A stretch of DNA of 43,463 nt. It comes from Anaerolineae bacterium (GTDB taxonomy: Bacteria; Chloroflexota; Anaerolineae; B4-G1; DUEL01). The position numbers and the translations under genes were made by a program. The DNA lies in contig JBDOIF010000043.1 of the NCBI GenBank assembly GCA_041082215.1, positions 1 through 43,463 of the forward strand. The letters are read 5' to 3'. A model generated the notes under the pieces. That model saw only the letters and a list, made by a program, of their open reading frames with translations, did no database searches and had not been told where the DNA came from. Below, piece after piece: positions 1-9,338 of the stretch; position 1 is the stretch's first letter; each line of letters begins with the position of its first letter.

Positions 1-50
1 GGAAGTGGTGTCCCAACTTATGTCCGAACCTCAGGGCTTAACGGGTGGCA

Positions 51-196
51 GCCCTCACCCCTCCCCCTACCCCCGCCCCTCTCCCGCGCGGCGGGGGAGG
101 GGAGGGGGTGCCCGCCGGAGGCGGGCGGGGGTGGGCGAGGGCCACTCCCGTCGCGCGAGGGAGGGGGGGCCGCCGGAGGCGGGCGGGGGTGAGGGC
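51..196. repeat. GC-rich REP/MITE-like palindromic element (CCCTCACCCC...GGGGTGAGGG type)
   Basis: Terminal inverted repeat GCCCTCACCCC (51-61) / GGGGTGAGGGC (186-196); internal 22-bp direct repeat CCGCCGGAGGCGGGCGGGGGTG at 112-133 and 170-191; a short relative lies at 32833-32877. Confidence 0.7.
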
Positions 197-224
197 CAGA
201 GCGGATGGCGATCGGGTTCGCCTG

Positions 225-253
225 TTGCGGTAACCCTCCCCCTGCGGTATAAT
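225..253 (+). promoter_or_regulatory. Putative sigma70-type promoter for the rseP operon
   Basis: TTGCGG (225-230), 17-bp spacer, TATAAT (248-253), 100 bp upstream of the ATG, which has a GAGGT RBS. Confidence 0.6.
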
Positions 254-352
254 GTCAGAGCAGGAGTTACGCACTGGCGGCGGATAGCACACCACGGAGA
301 CGTGGTAAGAGCCGACAGAATGGCGTAAGTCCTGTGAACAGCGAGGTAAAAT

Positions 353-1657
353 ATGATCGAGCTTTTCAAGTGGCTGGGGCTGGCCCTGGTGCTCCTGCTG
401 GGGCCGATGATCCTGCTCCACGAGCTGGGGCACTTCCTTTCGGCCAAGCGGGCCGGGGTGCGGGTGCTGGAATTCGGTGTAGGGTTTCCGCCTCGCCTCC
501 TTACCCTGGCGCAGGAGAACGGGATGTTGAAGGTAGGAGGCACGTCTCTGATGTTGCCCCCCTGTCTTCCCCTGCCTGAGGGGCTGAAACCGGGCCAGAT
601 GGTGGAGGTCGTTGCCCGGCGGGACATTCGAGGAAGGCAGTGGGTTGTGGAGGTGGCCCGCACCGATGCTCTGCCTGGCCGGGAGGAAGCAGGCCAGGAG
701 CTGCGGCTGAGGGGGCAACTCGAGGCCGTCGAGCCTGGCACCCGGTACACGCTGAACCTCCTGCCCCTGGGCGGGTTCGTCCGCATGCTGGGGGAGGAGG
801 ACCCCTCCGATCCCCGAAGCCTGGCCGCCCAGCCCAAACGCTGGAGGGTGACGGTCCTGCTGGCCGGTCCGCTGCTGAACCTGCTGGCTGCCTTCCTCGT
901 CCTCACCGCCGCCTATTCCCTGGGAATCCCCGATCGGTATTTCGTGCGGGTTGAGGAAGTCGTTCCGGGGACGGCAGCCGAGGCGGCGGGGATCCAGCCG
1001 GGAGACCTCCTGGTCGCCGTGAACGGGCAGACGCTGGAGGAGGGGCCAGCGGAGCTGCGGGAGTACATCCTGGCCTCCCCGGAGCAGCCTCTCTCGCTCA
1101 GCGTGGTGCGGCACGGGGAGACGCTCACCATCGTCGCCACACCAGGTACACAGGACGGGCATGCCTTTCTGGGAGTTCAGATGCAGGCCTGGCCGGATGC
1201 CGCCTCCCTGGTCCGCTACCCGCTTCCCAGAGCGATGGGCGCAGCGACAGGAGACCTGGCTGGTGTCGTCCTGAGCATCTTCCGCCTGCCCCGGATGGTG
1301 GCCGAGGGACAGGTCGAGCCATCGCAGGTGCGCCCGACCGGGGTGCCGGGTATCCTGCAGTTGCTGGCGCTTTACCTCAAGCAGAGCCTGGAATGGGGCG
1401 TTTCCTTCCCTGTGCTTCGGGTCAGCGCCCTGATCAGCCTGGCCATTGGACTGACCAATCTCCTCCCGTTTCCGGCGCTGGATGGGGGACGGGTGCTCTT
1501 TGTGTTGATCGAAGCAGTCTGGGGCCGGCGCGTCAGCCCTTCTGTGGAAGCGGTGGTGCATATGGTGGGAATGGCGGTCCTGCTGGCCCTTTCTGCTGTG
1601 ATCATCGTGCAGGACATCGTCAACCCCTTGCTTCCCTGGTCTCTGCTGGGACGGTGA
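353..1657 (+). CDS. rseP: M50 family intramembrane zinc metalloprotease with PDZ domain (RseP-like)
   Basis: HELGH zinc motif, GFPP / NLLPLGGFVRM loop motifs, AGPLLN, PDZ segment (AAGIQPGDLLVAVNG), NLLPFPALDGGR. Confidence 0.9.
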   Translation: MIELFKWLGLALVLLLGPMILLHELGHFLSAKRAGVRVLEFGVGFPPRLLTLAQENGMLKVGGTSLMLPPCLPLPEGLKPGQMVEVVARRDIRGRQWVVEVARTDALPGREEAGQELRLRGQLEAVEPGTRYTLNLLPLGGFVRMLGEEDPSDPRSLAAQPKRWRVTVLLAGPLLNLLAAFLVLTAAYSLGIPDRYFVRVEEVVPGTAAEAAGIQPGDLLVAVNGQTLEEGPAELREYILASPEQPLSLSVVRHGETLTIVATPGTQDGHAFLGVQMQAWPDAASLVRYPLPRAMGAATGDLAGVVLSIFRLPRMVAEGQVEPSQVRPTGVPGILQLLALYLKQSLEWGVSFPVLRVSALISLAIGLTNLLPFPALDGGRVLFVLIEAVWGRRVSPSVEAVVHMVGMAVLLALSAVIIVQDIVNPLLPWSLLGR

Positions 1658-2638
1658 ATGAATATGGAAAAGTTGCTGAACGCCCTGCGCACCGGCCAGA
1701 TCGCCCGAAGCGATCTCCAGGGCCTCTCTAACCTGAGCCGGGAACAGGCGGAGGTTGCCTGGGGGGTCTGCAGGCGCCTTCCGGCCACGACGCGTCGGGA
1801 GATCGTGTGGGCGCTGGTGGAGATCGCCGAGAACGACTTTGAGCTCAACTTCGATGAGGTGTTCTGTCTGGCCCTGGAAGACGAAGACGCCGATGTCCGC
1901 CATGCAGCGATTGAGGGGCTATGGGAGGATGAGGACATCCGGTTGGTGCCGAGGCTGGTCGCCCGGCTGCTGGAGGACCCGGCGGCCGAGGTCCGGGCAG
2001 CGGCGGCGACCTCTCTGGGGCGGTTCCTGCTCCTGGGGGAGTTGGGCAAGATCCAGCCCCACCCGCACCAGCAAGCCTTTCAGGCGCTGCTGGCCGCCCA
2101 CACCTCCCGAAGCGAAGGGATCGAGGTCCGGCGGAGGGCCCTGGAATCGCTGGCGTACTCGGGCGAGGAGGCGGTGGCCGAACTGATCCGCGCTGCCTAT
2201 GAAGACCCGGATGAGCGGATGCGGGTGAGCGCGGTCTTCGCCATGGGGCGCAGCGCCGACGACCGATGGGCGCCGGAGGTGATGCAGGAGCTCCACAGCC
2301 CCAGTCCGGAGATGCGCTATGAGGCTGCCCGCGCCTGCGGGGAGCTGGCGCTGGAGGAGGCAGTACCGGCCCTGATCGAGCTGGTAGAGGATGTGGACCC
2401 CGAGGTCCAGGAGGCCGCCATCTGGGCGTTGGGGCAGGTCGGCGGCGACGAGGCGCGCCGTGTCCTCAGGGCCTGTGCTCGCTCGGGGAACGAGGCAGTC
2501 CAGGATGCCGCGCGGGAAGCGCTGCGGGAGCTGGAATTCCTCCACGGTGATCTGGGGACCTTCCTCCTGTTCGATTTCCTCGAAGGGGATGAGGAGGACG
2601 AGGAGGAAGAGGAGGACGAGGAGGAAGCTCTCTGGTGA
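1658..2638 (+). CDS. HEAT-repeat protein with acidic C-terminal tail
   Basis: Repeated L-x-D-x-D-x-x-VR-x-x-A-x-x-x-LG units; poly-E/D tail; start at 1658 or 1664. Confidence 0.85.
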   Translation: MNMEKLLNALRTGQIARSDLQGLSNLSREQAEVAWGVCRRLPATTRREIVWALVEIAENDFELNFDEVFCLALEDEDADVRHAAIEGLWEDEDIRLVPRLVARLLEDPAAEVRAAAATSLGRFLLLGELGKIQPHPHQQAFQALLAAHTSRSEGIEVRRRALESLAYSGEEAVAELIRAAYEDPDERMRVSAVFAMGRSADDRWAPEVMQELHSPSPEMRYEAARACGELALEEAVPALIELVEDVDPEVQEAAIWALGQVGGDEARRVLRACARSGNEAVQDAAREALRELEFLHGDLGTFLLFDFLEGDEEDEEEEEDEEEALW

Positions 2639-3849
2639 GATCGGCTGTCCGTGTGGCCCTTGTCCCTGTCGGCTTGCTGCTCCTGGCCTCCTTGCTCCCC
2701 GCAAGGGCGCAGGAGCAGCCGCCCATTCAGGTGGTCCGTGCTTGGGTTGAGTACGCTTTCGGCCAGCAGGCCACCTTCTCTATAGAGGTTTCCGCCAGCG
2801 CCGGGATAGAGGGGCTCTATCTTTACCTTCAAAAAGAAGGGGACGCGCGGGTGGAGGTCGTCCCTGTCCCCTTCTCCGAATCGGAGCCCACGGTGCAGGC
2901 CAGCTTCCAGCGGGACCTCCGCTTTTCCCCCTTTCCCCCGTTCGGCCAGGTGGTCTGGTGGTGGGAGGTGCGGGATAGGGCCGGCCATCAGCAGATCACT
3001 GACCCTCTCGCCTTCCAGTATGTGGACAACCGGTTCGAGTGGCAGGCCGGTGCCGCCGGGCCGGTCCGGGTCCATGCCGTGACCGACGACCCGGTCTACC
3101 TGCGGGCAGCGTTGGACATCGCCCAGGCGAGCCTGGCACGCATCGGGCAGGGGTTGGGGGGGCCGCTGCCGGAGGCGTTGGATGTCTATCTCTACCCGTC
3201 GCTGATGGACCTGCGGGCGGCGCTGGAGATGGGCGGGCGGGAATGGATGGGCGGTCAAGCCCGGCCGGAGCTGGGGGTTGTGCTGGTGGCGATCCCCTAC
3301 GACGATGAGTTCGTTGCCCGGATGGAGCGGGAGATCCCCCACGAGCTGACCCATCTGCTGCTCTACCAGGCTGTCGGCCCGGAGGGGTACCCCTATGTCC
3401 CTGCCTGGCTGAACGAGGGGCTGGCGACGGCCAGCGAGACCCGACCCGATCCCACACTGGATGCGTTGTTAGAGAAGGCACGAGTGGAGGGACGGCTGAT
3501 CCCCCTGGCTGAGCTCTGTGCCCCCTTTTCCTCGGACCCTGAAAAGGCCCTTCTTTCCTACGCTATAAGCTCCAGTCTGGTCAAGTATATCCAGGGGCGC
3601 TACGGATGGACGGGCATCCGCAGCCTGCTTTCAGCCTACGCCGATGGGGCGAGCTGCGAGGGAGGGGTCGTCCAGGTGCTGGGGATCAACCTCGGTCAGT
3701 TGGAGCTGGCCTGGAAGGCCCATCTGATGGGGCTGAGTGGGTGGGCCACCTGGCTTTCGGAGAACAAAGCCTGGCTTTTCCTGTGGGGGTTGAGCCTTCT
3801 GCTGGCCCTGCCGATGGCGGGCCTTGGCCGCACGCGCCGGAAATCATGA
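2635..3849 (+). CDS. Secreted/membrane-anchored MA-clan zinc metallopeptidase
   Basis: Signal peptide (…PARA/QE), HELTH followed by PAWLNEGLA, C-terminal hydrophobic helix and basic tail; GTGA overlap with the upstream gene. Confidence 0.85.
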   Translation: MRSAVRVALVPVGLLLLASLLPARAQEQPPIQVVRAWVEYAFGQQATFSIEVSASAGIEGLYLYLQKEGDARVEVVPVPFSESEPTVQASFQRDLRFSPFPPFGQVVWWWEVRDRAGHQQITDPLAFQYVDNRFEWQAGAAGPVRVHAVTDDPVYLRAALDIAQASLARIGQGLGGPLPEALDVYLYPSLMDLRAALEMGGREWMGGQARPELGVVLVAIPYDDEFVARMEREIPHELTHLLLYQAVGPEGYPYVPAWLNEGLATASETRPDPTLDALLEKARVEGRLIPLAELCAPFSSDPEKALLSYAISSSLVKYIQGRYGWTGIRSLLSAYADGASCEGGVVQVLGINLGQLELAWKAHLMGLSGWATWLSENKAWLFLWGLSLLLALPMAGLGRTRRKS

Positions 3850-3874
3850 AGCTCTGCGTCCTCCCGTGGTGGTG

Positions 3875-4408
3875 ATGGAGCGGTTGCTGGTGTTCGACCT
3901 GGAAACCCGGTATACGGCCGATGAGGTCGGAGGCTGGGGCCATATCCGGGATATGCGGCTGGCAGTGGGGGTGACTTACAACCCCGCCGAGGGTGTCTAC
4001 CTGGCCTACACCGAGGCGGAGGTGGAGCGGCTGATCGCCGATCTCTACGCCGCCAGCCGGGTGGTGGGCTACAATCTCTACCGCTTCGACTACGAAGTGC
4101 TCCGCAGGTACACCGGCCGCCGGCTGGACGACCTGCCGACGGTGGATATGATCCAGGACCTGGAGCGGGTACTGGGCTGGCGGCCCGGGCTGGATAGCGT
4201 GGCCGCGGCAACGCTGGGGGAGCGCAAGAGCGGCGACGGCCTGGACGCCGTCCGCTGGTTCCGGGAAGGGCGGCTGGAACAGGTCATCGCTTACTGCAAA
4301 AGGGATGTGGAGATCACCTGGAAGGTCTATGACTTCGGCCGGCGGAACGGGTATGTGCGTGTCCTCGGCCGCTCCTGGCAGCCCCGGATGGTTCCGGTAC
4401 GATGGTAG
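3875..4408 (+). CDS. RNase H-like DEDD exonuclease-fold protein (YprB / helicase-associated type)
   Basis: VFDLET, GYN-x-x-x-FDY and YCxxDV motifs; ATG at 3875 preferred over 3824. Confidence 0.8.
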   Translation: MERLLVFDLETRYTADEVGGWGHIRDMRLAVGVTYNPAEGVYLAYTEAEVERLIADLYAASRVVGYNLYRFDYEVLRRYTGRRLDDLPTVDMIQDLERVLGWRPGLDSVAAATLGERKSGDGLDAVRWFREGRLEQVIAYCKRDVEITWKVYDFGRRNGYVRVLGRSWQPRMVPVRW

Positions 4409-5343
4409 GAAGCGCATTTGAGCCAGCCTATCTTTCCCTCCTGCGATCGGGGGAGCTGCGGAAGCGAGTACAGCTTGCCTATGACCGCCTCCATGCCTGC
4501 GATCTCTGTGGCCGGAAGTGCGGGGTGGACCGTTATGAACAGCCTGGTTCGTGCCGGACCGGGGTGCGGGCGCTGGTCTCCAGCTTTGGCCCTCACTTCG
4601 GAGAGGAGGACCCGCTGCGTGGGTTCAGGGGGTCCGGCACGATCTTCTTCGCCTGGTGCAACCTGAACTGCCAGTACTGCCAGAACTATGACATCAGCCA
4701 GTTGGGGCATGGGGAGGAGGTGGAGCCAGAGGAGCTGGCCTCGATGATGCTGGCCCTTCAGGCCCGGGGCTGCCACAATGTCAACCTGGTCTCTCCGACC
4801 CACGTGGTGGCTCCCATCCTGGCCGCCGTCCTCATCGCCGCCGGGGCGGGCCTCCGATTGCCTCTGGTCTGGAACACGGGCGGCTACGATTCCCTGGAGG
4901 CGCTGGAACTGCTGGACGGTGTGGTGGATATCTATATGCCGGATATGAAATACGCCGACGCGGAGATCGCCTACCGATACTCCCGGGTGCGGGACTATCC
5001 AGCGGTCAATCGGGCCGCGGTGAAGGAGATGCACAGGCAGGTGGGGGACCTTTTGCTGGATGAGCGGGGAATCGCGCTGAGGGGGCTTCTGGTCCGCCAT
5101 CTGGTGCTGCCGGGGGGTCTGGCAGGGACGCCGGAGATCGCCCGTTTCCTGGCGGAGGAGGTCTCCAGGGATACGTACATCAACGTGATGGACCAGTACC
5201 GGCCCTGCTACCGGGCCCATGAGCACCCGCCGCTGGACCGTCCCATTACGGCGGAGGAGTATGAGGAGGCGGTGGAGGCGGTCCGGCAGGCGGGGCTGCA
5301 TCGCCTGGACCGTCGTGTGCCCCGGCTTTTCCGGCTGTGGTGA
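4402..5343 (+). CDS. Radical SAM protein, PflX-like
   Basis: N-terminal CDLCGRKC, HFGEE, GSGTIFF, CNLNCQYC (CxxxCxxC), LVRHLVLPG, MDQYRP. Confidence 0.85.
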   Translation: MVGSAFEPAYLSLLRSGELRKRVQLAYDRLHACDLCGRKCGVDRYEQPGSCRTGVRALVSSFGPHFGEEDPLRGFRGSGTIFFAWCNLNCQYCQNYDISQLGHGEEVEPEELASMMLALQARGCHNVNLVSPTHVVAPILAAVLIAAGAGLRLPLVWNTGGYDSLEALELLDGVVDIYMPDMKYADAEIAYRYSRVRDYPAVNRAAVKEMHRQVGDLLLDERGIALRGLLVRHLVLPGGLAGTPEIARFLAEEVSRDTYINVMDQYRPCYRAHEHPPLDRPITAEEYEEAVEAVRQAGLHRLDRRVPRLFRLW

Positions 5344-5381
5344 GCGGAGACGTGGAGACACGGAGACGCGGGGAGGAGGAG

Positions 5382-5681
5382 ATGGTCGGAGAAGGGTCGA
5401 AGGAGCTGGTTCGCCTTCACGCCATTGTTGAGGGGGTTGTGCAGGGGGTGAACTTTCGCTACTATACCATGCGCAGGGCCCGCAGCCTGGGCCTGACAGG
5501 CTGGGTCGCCAACCGGTGGGATGGAAAGGTGGAGACGGTGGCGGAAGGGCGGCGGGAGGACCTGGAGGCGTTTCTGGATTTCCTGCATGAAGGTCCGCCA
5601 TCGGCCGTTGTCACCCGCGTAACCCCCCGCTGGGAAAAGGCAAAAGGGGAATTCACCGATTTCAGGGTGATCTATTTATGA
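5382..5681 (+). CDS. acyP: Acylphosphatase
   Basis: GVVQGVNFR, GWVAN-x-x-DG-x-VE, GPPSA; GGAGGA RBS before ATG 5382. Confidence 0.9.
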   Translation: MVGEGSKELVRLHAIVEGVVQGVNFRYYTMRRARSLGLTGWVANRWDGKVETVAEGRREDLEAFLDFLHEGPPSAVVTRVTPRWEKAKGEFTDFRVIYL

Positions 5682-6961
5682 AGAACAACCGGGAGCGGTT
5701 GGCCTGGTTCATCCTCCTGTTCTCTTTCTTTCTCTGCGTGGTGCTTGCCGTGGGTACCCCGCTGGGAGTGCAGTATTTCCTGCGGACCGCTTCCGCGTCC
5801 CAGAAGGCATCGCTGGAACCGCAGGAAGGGACGCCCCGGATGCGGCGGCGAGGGCAGGGGGAGGCCATCGCCCTCATCGGGCCGACGTGGGATGTCCCGG
5901 CTGGCACGGTGATCTCCACCGACACCGCAGCCGAGGGGCTGCTCACCCTCTACACGCCCGGCCCGGAGTCCGAGGCGGTGGCCTGGGTGAAGATCTATGA
6001 CCAGACGGAGGTGGTCCTGCGCTATGCCCGGTCTCCCCGTTTTTCGGTCAGCTCGCTCCCTCACAGGGTGGCACTGGAAGTGCGTCTGCCGACCCACCCC
6101 CAGGCAGATCTGTCGCCCGAGCAGACGGGACGGGCTGAGGCCCGCGTGCGGGTCAGCGTGGTGCCAGCGGGAGGCCGGGACACGGTGATGGAGATCCATA
6201 CCTCCCACTTCGTCGCCTTACTCCAGGGGGGAAGCTACGAGATCCGGGTCAGGGATGGGCAGGCCGAGCTGAGCGTCATTGAAGGCACTGCCCAGATCAC
6301 CCCGCCCGACGGCAAAGCAGTCGTGGTGGATCGTTCCCAGCGGGCCGTCGTCCGCTCCGGCTCGGGGAGCGTGGACATCCTGCCCGGGGAACGGAACCTG
6401 CTGAGGAATGGCGACTTCCGCCTGCCGCTGGAGGAGGACTGGCAGGTCTACCATAAGGATGTGCAGCAGAACCCACCAGGCACAGTAGAGGCGATCACCT
6501 TTGCTGGCCGCTCCGTCGCCCGGTTCCACAGGGAGGGGATGGGGCACGCCGAGGTCGGGATCGGGCAGCAGGTCAACTACGATGTTCGGGATTTCACTTC
6601 ACTGGTCTTCCGTCTCAGCGTGCTGATCCAGAACCAGAGCCTGCCCGGATGCGGCCAGTTGGGGTCCGAGTGCCCCATTCTCGTCCGTATAGACTACAAG
6701 GACGTCTACGGGACCGACCGGACCTGGTACCACGGTTTCTTTTCCCAGCCTCCGGGGGGAACCGACCTGCTGAATCCGTGGGACGAACGGATCCCTCCTC
6801 AGGCGTGGTATACCTTTGACTCCGGAAATCTGATTGACCCTGAGAACCCGGTCGGGCCTTTTGAGGTCCCTCCCGCCCTGATCAAAGGGGTCACCATCTA
6901 CGCCTCAGGCCACTCCTTTGAGGCGCTGGTGACGGATGTGGAGCTCCTGGCGCAGGAATAA
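5678..6961 (+). CDS. Single-pass membrane protein with FecR-like beta domain and C-terminal carbohydrate-binding-like domain
   Basis: N-terminal TM helix; beta-rich LSVIEGTAQI-type FecR-like segment; NLLRNGDF start typical of jelly-roll/CBM-like modules; ATGA coupling to acyP. Confidence 0.6.
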   Translation: MKNNRERLAWFILLFSFFLCVVLAVGTPLGVQYFLRTASASQKASLEPQEGTPRMRRRGQGEAIALIGPTWDVPAGTVISTDTAAEGLLTLYTPGPESEAVAWVKIYDQTEVVLRYARSPRFSVSSLPHRVALEVRLPTHPQADLSPEQTGRAEARVRVSVVPAGGRDTVMEIHTSHFVALLQGGSYEIRVRDGQAELSVIEGTAQITPPDGKAVVVDRSQRAVVRSGSGSVDILPGERNLLRNGDFRLPLEEDWQVYHKDVQQNPPGTVEAITFAGRSVARFHREGMGHAEVGIGQQVNYDVRDFTSLVFRLSVLIQNQSLPGCGQLGSECPILVRIDYKDVYGTDRTWYHGFFSQPPGGTDLLNPWDERIPPQAWYTFDSGNLIDPENPVGPFEVPPALIKGVTIYASGHSFEALVTDVELLAQE

Positions 6962-8187
6962 CCCAGCAGCCGGGTCACCCGTTCCATCACGGCTTCGGCA
7001 ACGGCTACTTTACTCATCAGTGGCAGCTCGTCCACCTGCCCTTCCCGGTCCAGGATCGCCACCCGGTTGGTTTCCACCCCGAAGCCTGCGTCGGCGGCGG
7101 TGATGTCGTTGGCGACGATCAGGTCCAGCCGCTTGGCTGCGAGCTTGGCGCGGGCGTTCTCGACCAGGTCCTGGCTTTCGGCAGCGAAGCCGACGACAAC
7201 CCGCGGGAGGCCGGTGTCGGCCCGATGTGCTGCAACTTCGGAAAGGATGTCCGGAGTGCGGGTCAGCCGCAGGGTCAGTTCTCCCTCTCCCTTCTTGATC
7301 TTGTGGGGGGCGGTCTCAACGGGCCGGTAGTCGGCCACCGCGGCGGACATCAGCAGCACGTCGGCATCCTCCACGGCGCTCAGGACCGCGTCCCGCATCT
7401 GGCAGGCAGTGGTCACCTCCACCCGCCGCGCTCCCACCGGCGTGGGGAGGGAGGTGGGACCGGTGATGAGGACGACCCCGGCCCCCCGGTCCAGTGCCGC
7501 CTGGGCCAGCGCAAACCCCTGTCGGCCGGAGGAGGGGTTGCTGAGGAAACGGACGGGGTCGAGGGGTTCCCGGGTGGGGCCGGCGGTGACCACCACCTTT
7601 CGACCGGCCAGCGGCCCTGCCCGTCCCAACACCCGGCGGATGTGGCCCAGTAGCTCCTCCGGCTCGATCATTCTCCCCTCACCCGTAAGGCCCGATGCCA
7701 TCCGGCCGTGGACCGGCCCGGCGAAGTGGACAGAGCGTGTCCGCAGGACCTCCACATTGGCCTGGTTTGCCGGGTGGGCCCACATTCCCGCATCCATCGC
7801 CGGAGCGACCAGCACCGGGCAGGAGGCGGCCAGGGCGAGGGTGGTGAGCAGGTTGTCGGCGATGCCGTGGGCCAGCTTGGCCAGCGTGTTGGCGGTGGCG
7901 GGGGCGATCACCATCAGGTCGGCGGCGTGGGCCAGGCCGATGTGGGCGATGTGGGTGGGCAGCCCCTCGGTGGGCGCGGCCCACAGGTCGGTGTAGACCG
8001 GCCGGCCGGTGAGGGCCTGAAAGGTGAGGGGGGCCACAAAGCGGGTCGCGGCCTCCGTCATCACTACGTCCACCTGCGCCCCGGCCTGGGTCAGGTGGCT
8101 GGCCAGCGTGCAGACCTTGTAGGCGGCGATCCCCCCCGTAACGCCGAGAAGGATGCGCCTGCCGGTCAAAAGAGGAATCGGGTCCAT
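6898..8187 (-). CDS. coaBC: Bifunctional phosphopantothenoylcysteine decarboxylase/synthetase
   Basis: ILLGVTGGIAAYK, APATAN, APAM, VTAGPTREPLDPVRFLSNPSSGRQG, AAVADY, VGFAAE, IVANDI; AAGGAGG RBS before ATG 8187. Confidence 0.95.
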   Translation of the reverse strand: MDPIPLLTGRRILLGVTGGIAAYKVCTLASHLTQAGAQVDVVMTEAATRFVAPLTFQALTGRPVYTDLWAAPTEGLPTHIAHIGLAHAADLMVIAPATANTLAKLAHGIADNLLTTLALAASCPVLVAPAMDAGMWAHPANQANVEVLRTRSVHFAGPVHGRMASGLTGEGRMIEPEELLGHIRRVLGRAGPLAGRKVVVTAGPTREPLDPVRFLSNPSSGRQGFALAQAALDRGAGVVLITGPTSLPTPVGARRVEVTTACQMRDAVLSAVEDADVLLMSAAVADYRPVETAPHKIKKGEGELTLRLTRTPDILSEVAAHRADTGLPRVVVGFAAESQDLVENARAKLAAKRLDLIVANDITAADAGFGVETNRVAILDREGQVDELPLMSKVAVAEAVMERVTRLLGYSCARSSTSVTSASKEWPEA

Positions 8188-8226
8188 CGAACCCTCCTTA
8201 TCCTGCACGGCTCTTGTGGGAACAAC

Positions 8227-8275
8227 GTGGCGCAGGCCGCCAGGCCTGCAGGGACAGGCTAACAGCCTGCGCTAC
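8227..8275. repeat. REP-like hairpin (GT[A/G]GCGCAGGC...GCCTGCGCTAC)
   Basis: Arms GTGGCGCAGGC / GCCTGCGCTAC with internal CAGGC...GCCTG sub-hairpins. Confidence 0.7.
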
Positions 8276-8400
8276 GCCCGGCTATTTTGTGGGCATAGCG
8301 CTCCCCGACCACGCAGATTCCCGGAGAACCTCCTGCACCATTGTGCACGGGTTAATTTTTCAAAGCTCATTATCCTGCGCTATATTTTCCTGCAAATAAT

Positions 8401-9165
8401 CTACCGATTCAGCTCGTAGATGATCCTTAGTCCGTGGAGGGTGAGCCAGGGGTCCACCACGTCAATCACTTCTGTCTCGCGGGCGATAATCTCCGCCAGC
8501 CCTCCGGTGGCGACGACGCGGGTCTCGGGGCCCAGTTCCGCCCTGAAGCGGGCCACCATTCCCTCCACCAGCCCTACATAGCCGAAGAGGAGCCCGGACT
8601 GCATGCTGTGGACGGTGTTGCGGCCGATAACGGAGGGAGGGCGGGTGAGCTCGACGCGGGGCAGCTTGGCGGTGCGCTCGAAAAGGGCCTGGGCGGCGAT
8701 ACCGATGCCGGGGGCGATGGCCCCGCCCAGATAGTCCCCTTCGGCGGAGACGGCGTCGAAGGTGGTGGCGGTGCCGAAGTCCACCACACAGGCGGGGACG
8801 CCGTAGAGGGCCCGCACGGCGGCGGCGTCCACCACCCGGTCCGCCCCCACCTCCCGTGGGTTGTCGTACCGGATGCGCACGCCGGTCCGCACCCCTGCGT
8901 CCACCACCAGCGGCTCCTGGCCCAGGTATTCCCGGCAGGCCTGAACGAAGGTGGGGGTGAGGGGAGGGACGACGCTGGCGATGGCGATGCCGGTCACCTC
9001 TTCCGGCCGGTGGCCCCGATGGCGGAAGAGCTGGTCCATCAGGATGCCGTATTCGTCGGGCATCTTGTCGTGGATGGTGCGGATCCGCCAGCTTGGGCCG
9101 AGCTTTTCCCCTTCGTAAAGGCCAAAGGTGATGTTGGTGTTGCCGATATCTATAGCCAGCAACAT
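8401..9165 (-). CDS. coaX: Type III pantothenate kinase
   Basis: LAIDIGNTN, SVVP, VGADR, VDFGTATT, GGAIAPG, ATGG; AAAGGAGG RBS before ATG 9165. Confidence 0.95.
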   Translation of the reverse strand: MLLAIDIGNTNITFGLYEGEKLGPSWRIRTIHDKMPDEYGILMDQLFRHRGHRPEEVTGIAIASVVPPLTPTFVQACREYLGQEPLVVDAGVRTGVRIRYDNPREVGADRVVDAAAVRALYGVPACVVDFGTATTFDAVSAEGDYLGGAIAPGIGIAAQALFERTAKLPRVELTRPPSVIGRNTVHSMQSGLLFGYVGLVEGMVARFRAELGPETRVVATGGLAEIIARETEVIDVVDPWLTLHGLRIIYELNR

Positions 9166-9240
9166 CGGGAGACCTCCTTTCGTCCGTCGGGCCGGGGGAT
9201 CGGGGCGGGGAGTGGTCAGGGAAGAGAGGGCGCTTCTTCC

Positions 9241-9274
9241 TGCCGTCTCGGTCGCCTCGGCGATCCCAGCGGCA
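9241..9274 (-). ncRNA. pan RNA motif-like hairpin in the coaX 5' leader
   Basis: UGCCG-CU-G-GG-A-UCGC-cgag-GCGA-CC-G-AG-A-CGGCA folds into one stem with two bulged As (GAUC...GACCGAGAC), located in the leader of a pantothenate gene. Confidence 0.6.
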
Positions 9275-9338
9275 CCCTGAGGTGAAACAGGCCTGAGTTT
9301 CAAAGAGCTCACGGCCCCGAGGGGTCCGTGGCGATGGT

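Noticed and set aside
5..328. 107-aa ORF at the window start
   Set aside because: It translates a GC-rich repeat and a promoter into a low-complexity product. The end of an upstream gene cannot be assigned from this window.
9276..9301. GAAACUCAGG / CUCAGG in the coaX leader, reminiscent of a glycine riboswitch
   Set aside because: Lacks the GGAGA and CCGAAG elements and the three-way junction.
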